IMG/VR virus record: IMGVR_UViG_3300029985_000036
Location: 22,570-86,569 of that record
Reading direction: 5' to 3' (one strand)
DNA: 64,000 nt
Source: a virus
Part shown: positions 1-10,897 of the stretch, in pieces
How the letters are laid out: every line of letters begins with the position of its first letter
Numbering within the stretch: position 1 is the stretch's first letter
Notes under the pieces: model-generated
What the model was told of the DNA's origin: nothing
Seen by the model: only the letters and a program-made list of their open reading frames with translations
Databases searched by the model: none
Position numbers and translations under genes: made by a program

Positions 1-454
1 CATCTGTTTTACCTTCATTGACATAAATGGCAGCTGATGCTTCCGCACAGTGGGTAATGGCTTTGAAGTGACGAGATGTACCGGCAGTTGCTTTACCACC
101 CTGACCAAATAATCCACCACTATGTTCATATGCATTGGTATTGAATTTACCACTGGTATGCATCTTTGTATACGAGTCTAGTAGCTTACCAATTGGCAGT
201 CCACGACCATTATCCGTTACAACAACTTGATAGGTATTTTTCTCAGCATCAAAACACAACATGACAAGAAGTTTACCAACCATCTCAGCCATAAGAGCAA
301 TCTCATCAATACCATTCGTGATGATTTCGATTGCTTGGTGAACAAGTCCTTCGATGCCAGTGGAGGGAAGTAATGCGGTGGGACGCATTCTCACGTACTC
401 TAGTCTCTCAGGACTCCAAATCGAATTTTCGTTGTATTGACCATATTCACTCAT
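1..454 (-). CDS. gyrB: Type II topoisomerase / DNA gyrase B-like subunit, N-terminal GHKL ATPase (runs off window)
   Basis: Manual translation from ATG 454: MSEYGQYNENSIWSPERLEYVRMRPT...EIITNGIDE...VTDNGRGLP...MHTSGKF...SGGLFGQG, the GyrB/ParE motifs. Confidence 0.85.
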   Translation of the reverse strand, partial: MSEYGQYNENSIWSPERLEYVRMRPTALLPSTGIEGLVHQAIEIITNGIDEIALMAEMVGKLLVMLCFDAEKNTYQVVVTDNGRGLPIGKLLDSYTKMHTSGKFNTNAYEHSGGLFGQGGKATAGTSRHFKAITHCAEASAAIYVNEGKTD

Positions 455-651
455 GGTAGTCTTTCTCCAACTGGTAGTGCATGGGGGTTTATTAAATAAG
501 AATTATTCTCAGAGACTCACTCCACAACAGGATGCGTTGTGTAGCGGTGCTGTTAGATTATACATAGAATGACTCCACGAAATAAAGGATTATTTGTCTG
601 TATTTAGCTGCATTCTATATCAGATGTATAGTGGTGCGTCAGGTGTTATTC

Positions 652-684
652 AATCTAATAATATATATCTAAAATACAGGTGAA
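652..684 (-). promoter_or_regulatory. Phage early-type promoter motif
   Basis: Minus strand TTCACCTGTATTTTAGATATATATTATTAG, matching the motif repeated about 14 times in the window; upstream of gyrB-like gene. Confidence 0.6.
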
Positions 685-786
685 TTGTCTCATCAAATTC
701 ATGATCCTTGTGTGACAAGCATTATGATATAATATAGAAGGAACCACACGGATTCTTAAATTTTAACACCGAAAGGCGCGAAGATT

Positions 787-1254
787 ATGAGTGATACAAC
801 TTCTGAAATGGTCGCGCCAACAGGTGTGACTGCTGATCTTGTCCAACTGGATCAAATTTTTGATGATGCCCGTGCAAAACGGAATGCTGTCGTCGACTTG
901 CTAACGCCCATTATCCATAAACTGACGATTAATACAACAGAAGCTCGACAGACTGAAGTACAGATGCAATTGATCAATACGTATCTGTCAACAATCAGTG
1001 CCAATGAAGCAGCTGCCAGTCGTCGTGTTGGTAGTAAACTGAAACAGGTTGAAGCAAACACTGCCAATAAACATAGTGCAGCAGTTGCCGAATTGTTGGC
1101 AAAGATTACAGTTGGATCTATTCAAATTGGAACAGCTTCTGTTCAGCCGAGTCCAGAACAATCAGAAGCTGATTTGGAACGAGCATTTTTAGAAAATGAG
1201 CTTGATCCTATTTCTGAGACTGAACTCAAAACAGATCATCGAGATATTGAATAA
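787..1254 (+). CDS. Hypothetical protein
   Basis: 155 aa ORF followed by a terminator hairpin. Confidence 0.75.
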   Translation: MSDTTSEMVAPTGVTADLVQLDQIFDDARAKRNAVVDLLTPIIHKLTINTTEARQTEVQMQLINTYLSTISANEAAASRRVGSKLKQVEANTANKHSAAVAELLAKITVGSIQIGTASVQPSPEQSEADLERAFLENELDPISETELKTDHRDIE

Positions 1255-1264
1255 TACGACAGAA

Positions 1265-1298
1265 TAGTTAGCTTCAGCCCTGGGGCTGAAGCTAACTA
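1265..1298. terminator. Bidirectional hairpin terminator
   Basis: TAGTTAGCTTCAGCCC-TG-GGGCTGAAGCTAACTA between convergent genes. Confidence 0.75.
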
Positions 1299-1302
1299 CA
1301 TG

Positions 1303-2553
1303 TTAAATTTTAGTTGAAAGAATAGTAATACCAATATCCGAAAGAGTTGCATCTTGTGACGCCGGTGCTACAAGTTGAAAGACATCTCCTGCAGCAAATG
1401 TTACTGCAGTAGTGCAAAAAAGAGTATTGGCCGTATGACTGCTGGCAGATAACAATATCCCAGCAATCGCAGTAGTTGTTCCACCTGAAATTTTATTAAT
1501 AACAAAAAGTGAAGATCCTGCTGAAACCACTCCTGCATATGAGAAAGTTCCGGTTAAACCAATAGGAATCGTTATTGCCATTCCCATAACAAGGTTATAT
1601 GTCTGAGCGGCATTAGGTTTTCCTTGAATAATAAACGATAGAGGAAAATCTAAAACCTCTGTAGGTAGCTCAGCATAAGTTAAAGTTTTATTAACCCAGT
1701 CAGTTCCGTTGTAAACCAATGCCTGATGATTGGTAGGTGAAGTAATAGCAGCATCTGTTGCACCGGAAATTGTGCTAGTGCCTGATGGTCCTTGAGGACC
1801 AACAACGTTACCAACATCGAAAATACCTGTAACAACTCCATTAACAGTTGCACTTAAAAGAAGATGTCCAGATACATTGATAGTAGCTCCAGTATAACCG
1901 TTACCGGTCAACCCAATTGAGCCATTCGTTCCATTAATACCATTTGTGCCATTGGTACCAACAACATTGCCCAAATCAATGGGACCAAGTGTAGAACCGC
2001 CAGCCGAGGTTGCTGTCAGTATCAGATGTCCTGATGAGTTGATCGTCGCACCACTGAACCCAGGTCCGATTAATCCGGTCTCACCGTTTGTTCCGTTGGT
2101 ACCGACAACTGCACCCAGATCAAGTGCTCCGACAACCGATCCAGCAATTGTCTGGGTTAAAAGAAGATGCCCTGATGAATTGATAGAGGCATCACTAAAT
2201 CCTGAACCACCGATTCCTGGGGACCCTGGCTCACCAATAACACTTCCGAGATCGTGGGTTCCCGCTGTACTAGTACCATCAACTCCAGTTAATACCAAGT
2301 GACCAGATGAGTTAATAACTGCGGCACTATAGCCAGGACCCGTGTCGCCAGTAATGGTTCCTGTAATAGAAACGGTGGTGTCATTGCTTAGATTAAAACT
2401 AAGTATTCCACCTGTTGAAATGCTTCCACCAACAATCGTTACCTGGGGTGGAATACCTAGATTGGAAATTGCGGCTGCTTGTGCCAAAGGACCAACGGCT
2501 GCAATTTCAGAAAAACAATTTTCAATAAGTAGGGGTTCATATCGTGCTGTCAT
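1303..2553 (-). CDS. Tail fibre / virion appendage protein with Gly-rich repeats
   Basis: Repeats of G(F/Y)SxAxINSSGHLxLT...DLGxVVG joined by collagen-like GxxG linkers; N-terminus paralogous to next gene. Confidence 0.7.
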   Translation of the reverse strand: MTARYEPLLIENCFSEIAAVGPLAQAAAISNLGIPPQVTIVGGSISTGGILSFNLSNDTTVSITGTITGDTGPGYSAAVINSSGHLVLTGVDGTSTAGTHDLGSVIGEPGSPGIGGSGFSDASINSSGHLLLTQTIAGSVVGALDLGAVVGTNGTNGETGLIGPGFSGATINSSGHLILTATSAGGSTLGPIDLGNVVGTNGTNGINGTNGSIGLTGNGYTGATINVSGHLLLSATVNGVVTGIFDVGNVVGPQGPSGTSTISGATDAAITSPTNHQALVYNGTDWVNKTLTYAELPTEVLDFPLSFIIQGKPNAAQTYNLVMGMAITIPIGLTGTFSYAGVVSAGSSLFVINKISGGTTTAIAGILLSASSHTANTLFCTTAVTFAAGDVFQLVAPASQDATLSDIGITILSTKI

Positions 2554-2602
2554 GATGTTGCATCCTAGTTCTTATTATTCAATTACAGGTGCATACTACA
2601 CT

Positions 2603-4816
2603 TTATGCTGGGACAAAATTGACTGTCGGAACACTGGTGTATGTAATAGATACCTGATCTCCAGAAACGACATTAATCCCACCTGATGTCTGTCCAGTTG
2701 GTACAGCAGTTGTCCCACGTTTAATTGTGATTGATGTTACCGCGCCACCGTTTACAAAGAGGACACCACGCGCCAAGGCCGTATTAACATAAGGTGAACC
2801 TGAAGGCACAATGGTTACAATCGCGCCACCGGCTGTAGCTGCACCAGATGTGAGTACTGCATTACTGCCTACCGTGAGACTACCAACGATCGTAGCGTTA
2901 CCTGCGCCATCATCAAGTAAGTTTTCTGCACCCGATAGAATGTGGCCTTTGAGGCTAACCGAGAACGTGGTGGCCTGATTGAGCACTGGAATTTGTCCCC
3001 AGGTCACACCTGCGCTACCGACACTGGTGTTGAGGTAAAGTTGTGGGATAGATGGAATGCCCTGATTGGTGTTGATGTAAACTGAACCTGGATTGGCCGA
3101 TGAGGTCGGTATACCAACACCAGTCGTGATCGTAGGACCCCCAGTTCCTCCTACAATTATAGATGGTATCATAAAAATACCAGTGTTATCTATATACCAT
3201 TTTGCAGTTAATGCTGTAGCTGCAGAATAAATATCATAGGCAGCAGTTGCACTATCTTTAATAAAGATACCAGATTGAAAACGACCAGTGCCACCTGAAA
3301 TTTGTAACCCATATGTTACTTTATTTGATCCCGTGCTAACGGCAAGAAAAGATCCTTTTGATGTAGCAGACAGTTGAATACTATCATCTGTTCCCGTATT
3401 GTTAGTGACATCGGATTCAATTGCCACACCGTATCCCTGAGTACCTGACGGATAGATTAAGTTAGGATTAAGTCCATACAGAGTTGAAGTCATACTGTTG
3501 GCTAAACCAACAAAATAACCAGCACTAATACCATACGATGCATTTGTTGCATCGTTGCGTACTTGCACAAATAAAGCTTGGTTGTTGCCACCTATTCCAG
3601 TCGGTGCATTGATCGCTTGAATACCAATAAGAGTGTGGCCGGTTGAATCTGTAAATCGTTGTTGAAAACCAAATCCTACAGTTGTTCCAACGTATTGTGA
3701 TGAAATTCCAGGAAATGTATAAAGACTTGGCATTGAAAATGGGCCAAGTGCCAGAGATGCTACTTGTGATCCTTCATTAAGGACTCCACTAAAATTATAG
3801 CTACCTGGTGGAATGATATATGAAACGCCATATCCCATGGTTGCATTAAACGCCAGATCATCGTGTGCAATCCCATCACCAACCGCACCGTTGTCTTTAA
3901 CTGTTGGTAAGGTAGCAAATCGATCGGCAAGGGTACGAGGTGTTATCCCGTGCGTACTAACCACACTTCCACTTAGTGTCGTAAATGCACCAGATGATGG
4001 GGTAGTAGATCCAATCGGCGTGTTGTCGACAGTACCTCCGGTAATATTACTACTGGATGGTCCTGTTGGACCTTGAGGTCCAACCACACTTCCAAGATCT
4101 ACTGTTCCGGTTACTACTCCAGCTGTCACTTGTCCCAGAATCAAATGACCAAAACTGTTGACAGCAGCTGAAATGTAACCAGATCCCGGTGTCCCATTTG
4201 TTCCATTGGTACCAACAACATTACCCAGATCAGTTGTTCCAGTAACGGTACCACCAACAGCTGTATTGGTTACAATTAAGTGCCCCAATCCGTTGATCGT
4301 AGCACTACTGAACCCGGGTCCAACTTGACCTGTAGTGCCGGATGTACCAACAACATTTCCAAGATCAACAGTTCCACTAGTAATACCACCTACAGAAGTT
4401 GTTGTTACAATTAGGTGGCCTGAACTGTTGATACTAATATCACTAAATCCAGGACCCTGCTGTCCGGCAGATCCATTACTTCCTGGTGCGCCAACAACAT
4501 TACCGAGATCTGTTGTACCAGAAACAACACCAGCTGTCGTCTCAGTCAAAATTAAATGACCAGATGAGTTAATACTGGCTGCACTGAATCCTGGGCCAAT
4601 TTGTCCGGGAGCACCTATAATGTTACCTGTAACTGTAACTGTGGTTCCATTGCTCAACACCAGAGCAAGAGATCCAGTTGGCGTTATATGACTAGATTGA
4701 ATAACAATAGGTGTTCCAATGCCAAGATTGGTTTGTGCGGACAGTTGAGCGGCAGGGCCAGCTGCAGCAATTTCACCAAGACAATTTTCTGCAAGTAAGG
4801 GTTCAAATGTAATCAT
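2603..4816 (-). CDS. Tail fibre/tailspike with repeats and probable beta-helix domain
   Basis: Same INSSGHL/DLGNVVG repeats, then TVKDNGAVGDGIAHDDLAF, a typical pectate-lyase-like beta-helix start. Confidence 0.7.
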   Translation of the reverse strand: MITFEPLLAENCLGEIAAAGPAAQLSAQTNLGIGTPIVIQSSHITPTGSLALVLSNGTTVTVTGNIIGAPGQIGPGFSAASINSSGHLILTETTAGVVSGTTDLGNVVGAPGSNGSAGQQGPGFSDISINSSGHLIVTTTSVGGITSGTVDLGNVVGTSGTTGQVGPGFSSATINGLGHLIVTNTAVGGTVTGTTDLGNVVGTNGTNGTPGSGYISAAVNSFGHLILGQVTAGVVTGTVDLGSVVGPQGPTGPSSSNITGGTVDNTPIGSTTPSSGAFTTLSGSVVSTHGITPRTLADRFATLPTVKDNGAVGDGIAHDDLAFNATMGYGVSYIIPPGSYNFSGVLNEGSQVASLALGPFSMPSLYTFPGISSQYVGTTVGFGFQQRFTDSTGHTLIGIQAINAPTGIGGNNQALFVQVRNDATNASYGISAGYFVGLANSMTSTLYGLNPNLIYPSGTQGYGVAIESDVTNNTGTDDSIQLSATSKGSFLAVSTGSNKVTYGLQISGGTGRFQSGIFIKDSATAAYDIYSAATALTAKWYIDNTGIFMIPSIIVGGTGGPTITTGVGIPTSSANPGSVYINTNQGIPSIPQLYLNTSVGSAGVTWGQIPVLNQATTFSVSLKGHILSGAENLLDDGAGNATIVGSLTVGSNAVLTSGAATAGGAIVTIVPSGSPYVNTALARGVLFVNGGAVTSITIKRGTTAVPTGQTSGGINVVSGDQVSITYTSVPTVNFVPA

Positions 4817-4894
4817 TTTATCAGATTCCTTCTATATCGGATCCTCATAAAATGATAAAGTTAATCATCATGTAAACAAAATTATAGAAGAAGA

Positions 4895-4927
4895 AGAAGG
4901 AGAGGGGACATAGTCCCCTCTCCTTCT
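4895..4927 (-). terminator. Hairpin terminator
   Basis: AGAAGGAGAGGGGAC-ATA-GTCCCCTCTCCTTCT. Confidence 0.7.
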
Positions 4928-4944
4928 CTTTCAATGAGTATTTA

Positions 4945-5691
4945 TTAAACAGTTGGCTTCTGAAGATTCACAATCCGTGCCTGTTCCTGCAGGAACATTA
5001 CAAGTGGGGCACACTTCAAACGGGACTGCAAAATATCTGGACGGATCTTTGAAGCATCTCCGATGTCTACACCATTCACGGCATGGCGAAACAGGGTATA
5101 GACAATCTCAGTGCGAAATCGAGATTGCATATCAAGTGCTGCAATCCCCTGAAGTGCAGCACCTTCCTGCATTACATCATTTTTGTGTTTAACAAAGAAG
5201 TCCCAGACTACCTGAAATACTTCAGGCGTTGGTGTTGCCAACAGACGAGCAACGATGTTGCCAAGCGTTTTTGCGGCATCTGAGAAATCTGCTTTTGCTC
5301 CACCACGACTGGTCAGATATCCTCTGTAGTTATCAAGCAACTCAACCAGGATACTCACCGCCTGAGACACAGGAGCTGTCGTAGGAGCCGGTGTTGGTTC
5401 GACAACAGGTGCTTCAGTGGAAACCGGCTCGACCACTGGAGCAGTGGTGGGTGCTGGGGTAGGAGCTGGAGTGGGCGCGAGGGTGGGAACGGGAGTTGTG
5501 GTAGGAGCAGGAGTCTGTATTACTGGAGCATCGGTGGGGGCAGGAGTAGGCGCTAGCGTAGGTGCCGGAGTCGGAGCAGGCGTTACCACAACGGGGGCTA
5601 CCGTAGGTTCCGGAGTTGGTATAACTGTAGGAACTGGAGCATCCGTCAGCACTGGTGTCGGATCGACCGGCGTAGATGGTTGGTCACTCAT
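4945..5691 (-). CDS. Hypothetical protein with Pro/Thr-rich N-terminal repeats (probable virion protein)
   Basis: PTPAPT repeats then helical domain; start refined to MSDQ at 5691. Confidence 0.7.
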   Translation of the reverse strand: MSDQPSTPVDPTPVLTDAPVPTVIPTPEPTVAPVVVTPAPTPAPTLAPTPAPTDAPVIQTPAPTTTPVPTLAPTPAPTPAPTTAPVVEPVSTEAPVVEPTPAPTTAPVSQAVSILVELLDNYRGYLTSRGGAKADFSDAAKTLGNIVARLLATPTPEVFQVVWDFFVKHKNDVMQEGAALQGIAALDMQSRFRTEIVYTLFRHAVNGVDIGDASKIRPDILQSRLKCAPLVMFLQEQARIVNLQKPTV

Positions 5692-5791
5692 TATAGTTTT
5701 CCTTGTACTGTATAGATTAAAACACAAAGATCCCGCAGGGCACGGTCATATCATGGTAGATTGTCGATATTCTTAATTAAAAAATCTACCT

Positions 5792-7147
5792 TTATATTGC
5801 AAATCTATTTAACGAGGTAATCTCAATCGATTTCGCTAAATTGAAATGCTTTGACTTTAATGCTGTTTTGGTGAAAACGCTGGTAACCGCCACCGAGACC
5901 ATCGTAATCATTTCTTGATCAATCGATCTAAACAATTCTCCCATGCAGGTAAAACAGTACCCTGCCTGTGTATGGCAATAGAGAGGCGACCGCATTTGTA
6001 CCGTCTGTCCAATATACTCAGTAATGTTATTAGCATCTAAGGTAATCAGTTTTCCATTAATCAAGATGTTGCGATAATAATAGTTTTTTGCCATATCTTT
6101 TGTCAGATTGACATGAAGATATTTAGTACTGCCACAATCATCACAGATAATCTTAGTATTTTGAAAAACACGAATGATGAATTTGGTTTCTTCACCACCC
6201 TTGGCCGTTTGAACCGCACTGGCAAAAGATCCGCGACGGATTTCATTACAGATGACTGGGAAGTCTTTAACTTTCCACCCTTCTTCAAGAGAGGTACCGA
6301 TGAAGTTAAACCCCTTGCCACCAAACTCTGGAATCATACCACCAGAAATGAGCATCATCTTACGATGAATGGAATAGGATTTATCATCTCTGTCATAAAA
6401 CAAAGTACTGACATCGCCTTTTAAGGAGGCTTTATCCATGGCAGTTAATTCAGTCTCAATTTGATTCATGACAATAGCATTACCAGCAGCAAGTTCTACG
6501 GCATGCTCTTTGAGAAGTTCATTTCGCCGTTTGATAATTTTAGGATCTACTGTAAGAGATCGTTCGGTTAAACTAGGAACAGACAATTCTGTGAAGTGTC
6601 CGATAAAATGAAGATTCCGAGAATAATGTTTAAGATTTTCAACACTGATCTTACCAGTACGAAGATTCTCAAAGATAAAGTTGTCTTCAATGCGCTGAAT
6701 ATCCCAAGTGGTATTGATATATGGAATAAGATCACCAAAGGAATCAGCTAAGATAGCATAGTTAAGAAGAAGTCGACCAATCGTTGTTTCTAGCTCGACA
6801 TCACCAGTATAGTTGATGATATCTTTAGGCTGTAGCATAATTTTACTGTTACGCTGACAGAGCTGTGGTGCAGTCTCAATACCAAGAGGAACCACTGTTA
6901 GCTCACGGTCTCCTTTATTGGAATAAATACCATCAACTCCAGTTACACTGTAGAGCTGATTGTTAATATTTAACAATTTCCCAGTATATATCCAGCACTG
7001 ATCATTGGGAATTGCATGACCCTCTACTGTTAAATGAGCTGTTGTCTTTTCAGTTTCAGTAAACAGATCAAGAAGCTGATCCCGAATAAGAAGAGCTGGG
7101 AGATTGTCCAGTATGTGTCGAAGAATCTGTGGAGCAAGTGTGTTCAT
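5792..7147 (-). CDS. rpoC: Virion RNA polymerase beta'-like subunit, C-terminal part (phiKZ gp80-like)
   Basis: TTIGRLLLN, QTAKGG, DDCGS, RSPLYC...CFTCMG zinc site, all RpoC C-terminal motifs. Confidence 0.85.
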   Translation of the reverse strand: MNTLAPQILRHILDNLPALLIRDQLLDLFTETEKTTAHLTVEGHAIPNDQCWIYTGKLLNINNQLYSVTGVDGIYSNKGDRELTVVPLGIETAPQLCQRNSKIMLQPKDIINYTGDVELETTIGRLLLNYAILADSFGDLIPYINTTWDIQRIEDNFIFENLRTGKISVENLKHYSRNLHFIGHFTELSVPSLTERSLTVDPKIIKRRNELLKEHAVELAAGNAIVMNQIETELTAMDKASLKGDVSTLFYDRDDKSYSIHRKMMLISGGMIPEFGGKGFNFIGTSLEEGWKVKDFPVICNEIRRGSFASAVQTAKGGEETKFIIRVFQNTKIICDDCGSTKYLHVNLTKDMAKNYYYRNILINGKLITLDANNITEYIGQTVQMRSPLYCHTQAGYCFTCMGELFRSIDQEMITMVSVAVTSVFTKTALKSKHFNLAKSIEITSLNRFAI

Positions 7148-8187
7148 TTATAAAACTCCCGTGCCAATTCAAGACATCTTCCCGTAATGAATAACTGAAG
7201 AGAAGTGTCATCTGTTGTAAGCAGATCTTTGAGACGCTGAAATGTTGCATCTACATTAGCTGTAAAACTTTCTTTTGTAGAATCTTCTTTCATACATCCC
7301 AGCATCAGAGACAAGATATCTGCCTGAGATAAATATGTTCCACGCAGTCGAAAATACTCTTCATACAGAGGAGTATTTGATTCAAACTCACGGGTAAATC
7401 TAATGACAAGAGCTTGTTCAACCGGATTGATAGATTCGGTCGGGGATTGCTGTTGTTGAAACATCCAAGCATAATTTGCTAATGTATCTGCAGTTGTTGC
7501 ATTGTTTTTATAAATACTAAGTCGATTATATTGCAATTGAATGTCTGCATGCAATCCCGTATAACTTGAATTTGCATATGTATAATCAACTGCTTTCAAT
7601 AACCAACTTGTATGTTTTTGTACATAATCAAGATATGATTGTAACATTTCTGAATCAACGGGGGCTTCAAATGGAATAGTGTCAGTTGCAAGAATTGACA
7701 ATACATAAGCATCAAACACTGGGGTTGATGTCAGTTTGTCGTGTAAAAATACATAGGTATCATAAAACGTATTATTGACATCTGGATAATCTAGTGCAAG
7801 ATACTCCAGTATATTCTGAATAGTAGTATTGTCAGGATCCCCACCTCCATCCTGTACTGTAGCCGTTATCCAGAGTTTAAATCCCTCGGTTTCAGAAATA
7901 CTCCGATACAATGGAGTTGGATATACAGCTTCAAATAACAGCAGTGTCAAATCAAGATGATACATATTGTCACATAAATCAGATCTTGCACAAAAGAACT
8001 CTAAGCCAATTTCATAAGACTCATCGATAAGAACAGAAAAGCATTCAAGAACCAAAGTTTGAGATGATATTTCATCTTCACTAATCTGTTGCTGCCAGAG
8101 TTCACCACCCAAATGAGCTCGTACTCCAGGAGAAACCGAGGCCATGCGTTCAAGAAGTGATGCATGTAGAGTCATGCTAATATCCAT
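7144..8187 (-). CDS. Hypothetical protein (phiKZ gp81 position)
   Basis: 347 aa ORF, stop overlaps start of RNAP subunit gene. Confidence 0.75.
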   Translation of the reverse strand: MDISMTLHASLLERMASVSPGVRAHLGGELWQQQISEDEISSQTLVLECFSVLIDESYEIGLEFFCARSDLCDNMYHLDLTLLLFEAVYPTPLYRSISETEGFKLWITATVQDGGGDPDNTTIQNILEYLALDYPDVNNTFYDTYVFLHDKLTSTPVFDAYVLSILATDTIPFEAPVDSEMLQSYLDYVQKHTSWLLKAVDYTYANSSYTGLHADIQLQYNRLSIYKNNATTADTLANYAWMFQQQQSPTESINPVEQALVIRFTREFESNTPLYEEYFRLRGTYLSQADILSLMLGCMKEDSTKESFTANVDATFQRLKDLLTTDDTSLQLFITGRCLELAREFYK

Positions 8188-8213
8188 TTCATGGGTTATC
8201 TAGGTATCTAGAA

Positions 8214-8245
8214 GATGGTACTTGTCCGATCGGACAAGTACCATC
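8214..8245. terminator. Perfect 32-bp palindrome, probable terminator
   Basis: GATGGTACTTGTCCGA|TCGGACAAGTACCATC. Confidence 0.65.
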
Positions 8246-8260
8246 GACTTCGATTTATCG

Positions 8261-8626
8261 TCATTTGGTACTAATCATCAAACAGATCAATTCAACATCC
8301 TCTGTGTATTCAAACACACGGAGGTAATACCCAATTGTTATCAAACATGTACCAATTTTGAGTGATGTTAATATGGTGTTTTGAAAACTATAAGCAATCA
8401 ATACTCCACAAGCTGCAGAAAGTATACTATTCAATATCCCTGTAGCCACCATTAAGACGCGATGGACTCGAAACACAATGGTGCAGTCGGTAGCAGACAA
8501 GACATATTTCAATACCATAACTGTCTGCTTAGAATCAAAATAACTGTAATCTGGTGAGATTTGATAATGCCGAAAGAACCAAATCAATGTGCCAATGCAG
8601 AGTCGATGGCACCGGGCAAGAAACAT
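8261..8626 (-). CDS. Small hydrophobic hypothetical protein
   Basis: 121 aa ORF with two hydrophobic stretches; start uncertain. Confidence 0.4.
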   Translation of the reverse strand: MFLARCHRLCIGTLIWFFRHYQISPDYSYFDSKQTVMVLKYVLSATDCTIVFRVHRVLMVATGILNSILSAACGVLIAYSFQNTILTSLKIGTCLITIGYYLRVFEYTEDVELICLMISTK

Positions 8627-10743
8627 CCAAACTCGTCCTTTGTGTATATATCACTGAGCAATGTCTGATCCTTACTATCAGTATATGCAATACCAAGTGA
8701 TCTCATCGTGACTATGAAGGGAGTCGAATTCGCATAGGTGATACCACGAATGTCAATGATCGGACGTAGAATTGCAGGAACCTGTTTAAGTGTCATTGGT
8801 ATCACCAATCGGGTAATCGCTCTTGGATTTTTGTCCATAAATCCAACAAGCCGTTCATACAATGGTGAATCGAATGCCTTAACTAATGCTAGATATCTAG
8901 GGTCTTTTAAGACCTTTCCATCTTGCAACAACGGAAGAACATATCCCTTCGATGGAATAACAAATTCACCAAACTTCGATCTAAAGACTTCTTCCCACAA
9001 CCTCCAATAATAGTGACTTGAAACTGCTGCATCCTTGTAGTCAGTCTCATTGCGAATGGGTGTTGTAGTCAGAAAAAGACGTTCCCCCGCTTCGAGTGAT
9101 TTGATTACTTTGTTTTCATGATCCAGAACACGTGTTAAACAATCTGCAACTTCAATTGTACCTTTTTCCATAACGGTATCAAAGATCCAATTTACAAAAT
9201 CCTTTCCAGCTTTCACTGTTTCTTTACACATTGCGCTAGATCGATAAGACAGTCCTTTAATATCTTCCTTTGATTTTGGAAGAACAAATCCTTCTTGGAC
9301 TGCAACACGTCCAGCATATTGTTTAGGAAGTGGAGTGCGAAGCATGAGAGGATAGAGGAACTCATTCTTCATTGCAATCCGATATCGATCTTCTCCTTCT
9401 GCTCCAAAGTTAGTACTCAATCGAGCAAATACTTGTTCTAGTGTCATTGTAATCAAAAATACTACAAATCCATTAATAGCATATGCATCTGGACCAAAGG
9501 ATACATGTCCAACATACCATTCAATCCAAGATTGTGTAGAAAAAATCACACTATCTGTATCTGAGATGATAACAGCTTTACGAATCATATTTGGATGTGA
9601 CATTGCATCTGCCACATCACAATCGACACGCAAGAATGTTGAAATCAGAGGTCCAATACCATTCAGTTTATTTTGCATGTGATTGCCAATAGCAATCAAA
9701 TGTCTGACCCCATCTGGTTCTTCTATCAGTGCATCAGATACTGGTTTTCGACCAATCAGATCTGCATTTAACCCAGATACCATGGCCAAGAGATCGCCAT
9801 TACAATTGAAGATATCTGTTGGCTTTGCAGTAGGATCAATTGTTACATCAGTTCTAAAGAATTCTTTTAAGTATGGACGAAATACATGTTCATTTCGAAT
9901 AAGAAGAGTCTTTAAACAATATGCATAATAAACAAATGTGCGTTCGTTCATAGAAAGAGATGCAATAAATTTAGTGAGAGCATTTCGAAGTTTTTCTGTA
10001 ATACGTTGATATAAACACAGACTGTGAATAAAGTGTTCAACTACATCACTGATGGTTGGAATAATAATTCCATATTGGGCTACAACAGATGCTAAGTCTA
10101 GAGGACATATCCGTACCAGTTGCATGCAATAATTAATACAGTGATCTGGTGTTGGAAAGTAGAAATTTCCTTCAAGCATCTTTTCAACATGAGCATAACC
10201 ACACATAATGCTATGCCGTGCTAGACTTGTAACAGCATTATATCCAGGTTTGTCATATAGAGGATTGTGGGCTGAACCAAAAGCTCCAGGAATGGAGTTA
10301 TTTTCAATCTTAGTTGAAGCTTGTAGATAGTTATATCGTTGTTCTAAACCACGGTCTCCGACAGAAGCCGCTTTTAACATTTTCTTCTTTAGAACTTTAC
10401 GAGTACCTATGTTATCTAGAATTTTTCGTTTAAGAAAACTTTCTTTGACTGAGGGTGGCATATAAATTACACCAGCTGGTGTAATGATGTTCTTTCGCAA
10501 GGTATCTGTATAAGTTAAAAGATCTGTTGTTTCAATTTTACCATTGCCGTATGATGGATAATTGATCATCTTTAGAGTCGGACGTCTTAACGATTTGGTT
10601 ACTTCATTGTTGATGAATGTTTGAATTTGAGCGACTGGAACATGAGGATATTGTCTACATAGAAATGCAGACATATTCTCACCATATGCCCGCAATAAGG
10701 AAACGGGATCTCTCTCATACGAATTGAATTTAAAGTAATCCAT
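8584..10743 (-). CDS. Divergent family B DNA polymerase subunit (phiKZ gp82-like)
   Basis: KIENNSIPG (PolB motif B-like), AVIISDTDSVIF (motif C), KQYAG, IKGL; position next to gp80/81-like genes. Confidence 0.75.
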   Translation of the reverse strand: MDYFKFNSYERDPVSLLRAYGENMSAFLCRQYPHVPVAQIQTFINNEVTKSLRRPTLKMINYPSYGNGKIETTDLLTYTDTLRKNIITPAGVIYMPPSVKESFLKRKILDNIGTRKVLKKKMLKAASVGDRGLEQRYNYLQASTKIENNSIPGAFGSAHNPLYDKPGYNAVTSLARHSIMCGYAHVEKMLEGNFYFPTPDHCINYCMQLVRICPLDLASVVAQYGIIIPTISDVVEHFIHSLCLYQRITEKLRNALTKFIASLSMNERTFVYYAYCLKTLLIRNEHVFRPYLKEFFRTDVTIDPTAKPTDIFNCNGDLLAMVSGLNADLIGRKPVSDALIEEPDGVRHLIAIGNHMQNKLNGIGPLISTFLRVDCDVADAMSHPNMIRKAVIISDTDSVIFSTQSWIEWYVGHVSFGPDAYAINGFVVFLITMTLEQVFARLSTNFGAEGEDRYRIAMKNEFLYPLMLRTPLPKQYAGRVAVQEGFVLPKSKEDIKGLSYRSSAMCKETVKAGKDFVNWIFDTVMEKGTIEVADCLTRVLDHENKVIKSLEAGERLFLTTTPIRNETDYKDAAVSSHYYWRLWEEVFRSKFGEFVIPSKGYVLPLLQDGKVLKDPRYLALVKAFDSPLYERLVGFMDKNPRAITRLVIPMTLKQVPAILRPIIDIRGITYANSTPFIVTMRSLGIAYTDSKDQTLLSDIYTKDEFGCFLPGAIDSALAH

Positions 10744-10897
10744 GGATCAATCCCATCAAAGTGTGTTGTGGATTCTATTAGATGTCCATCCCAAGTATGA
10801 AATAACGGTTCTTTAAATATATGTAATTTTGAATTTGGGTAAACCATTGCATGAGGCGAATAACCTTTTTTATTCATAGTTATACAGGAGCAATTTT

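Noticed and set aside
1946-5776. Plus-strand ORFs antisense to fibre and Pro/Thr-rich genes
   Set aside because: Shadow frames of repetitive coding sequence.
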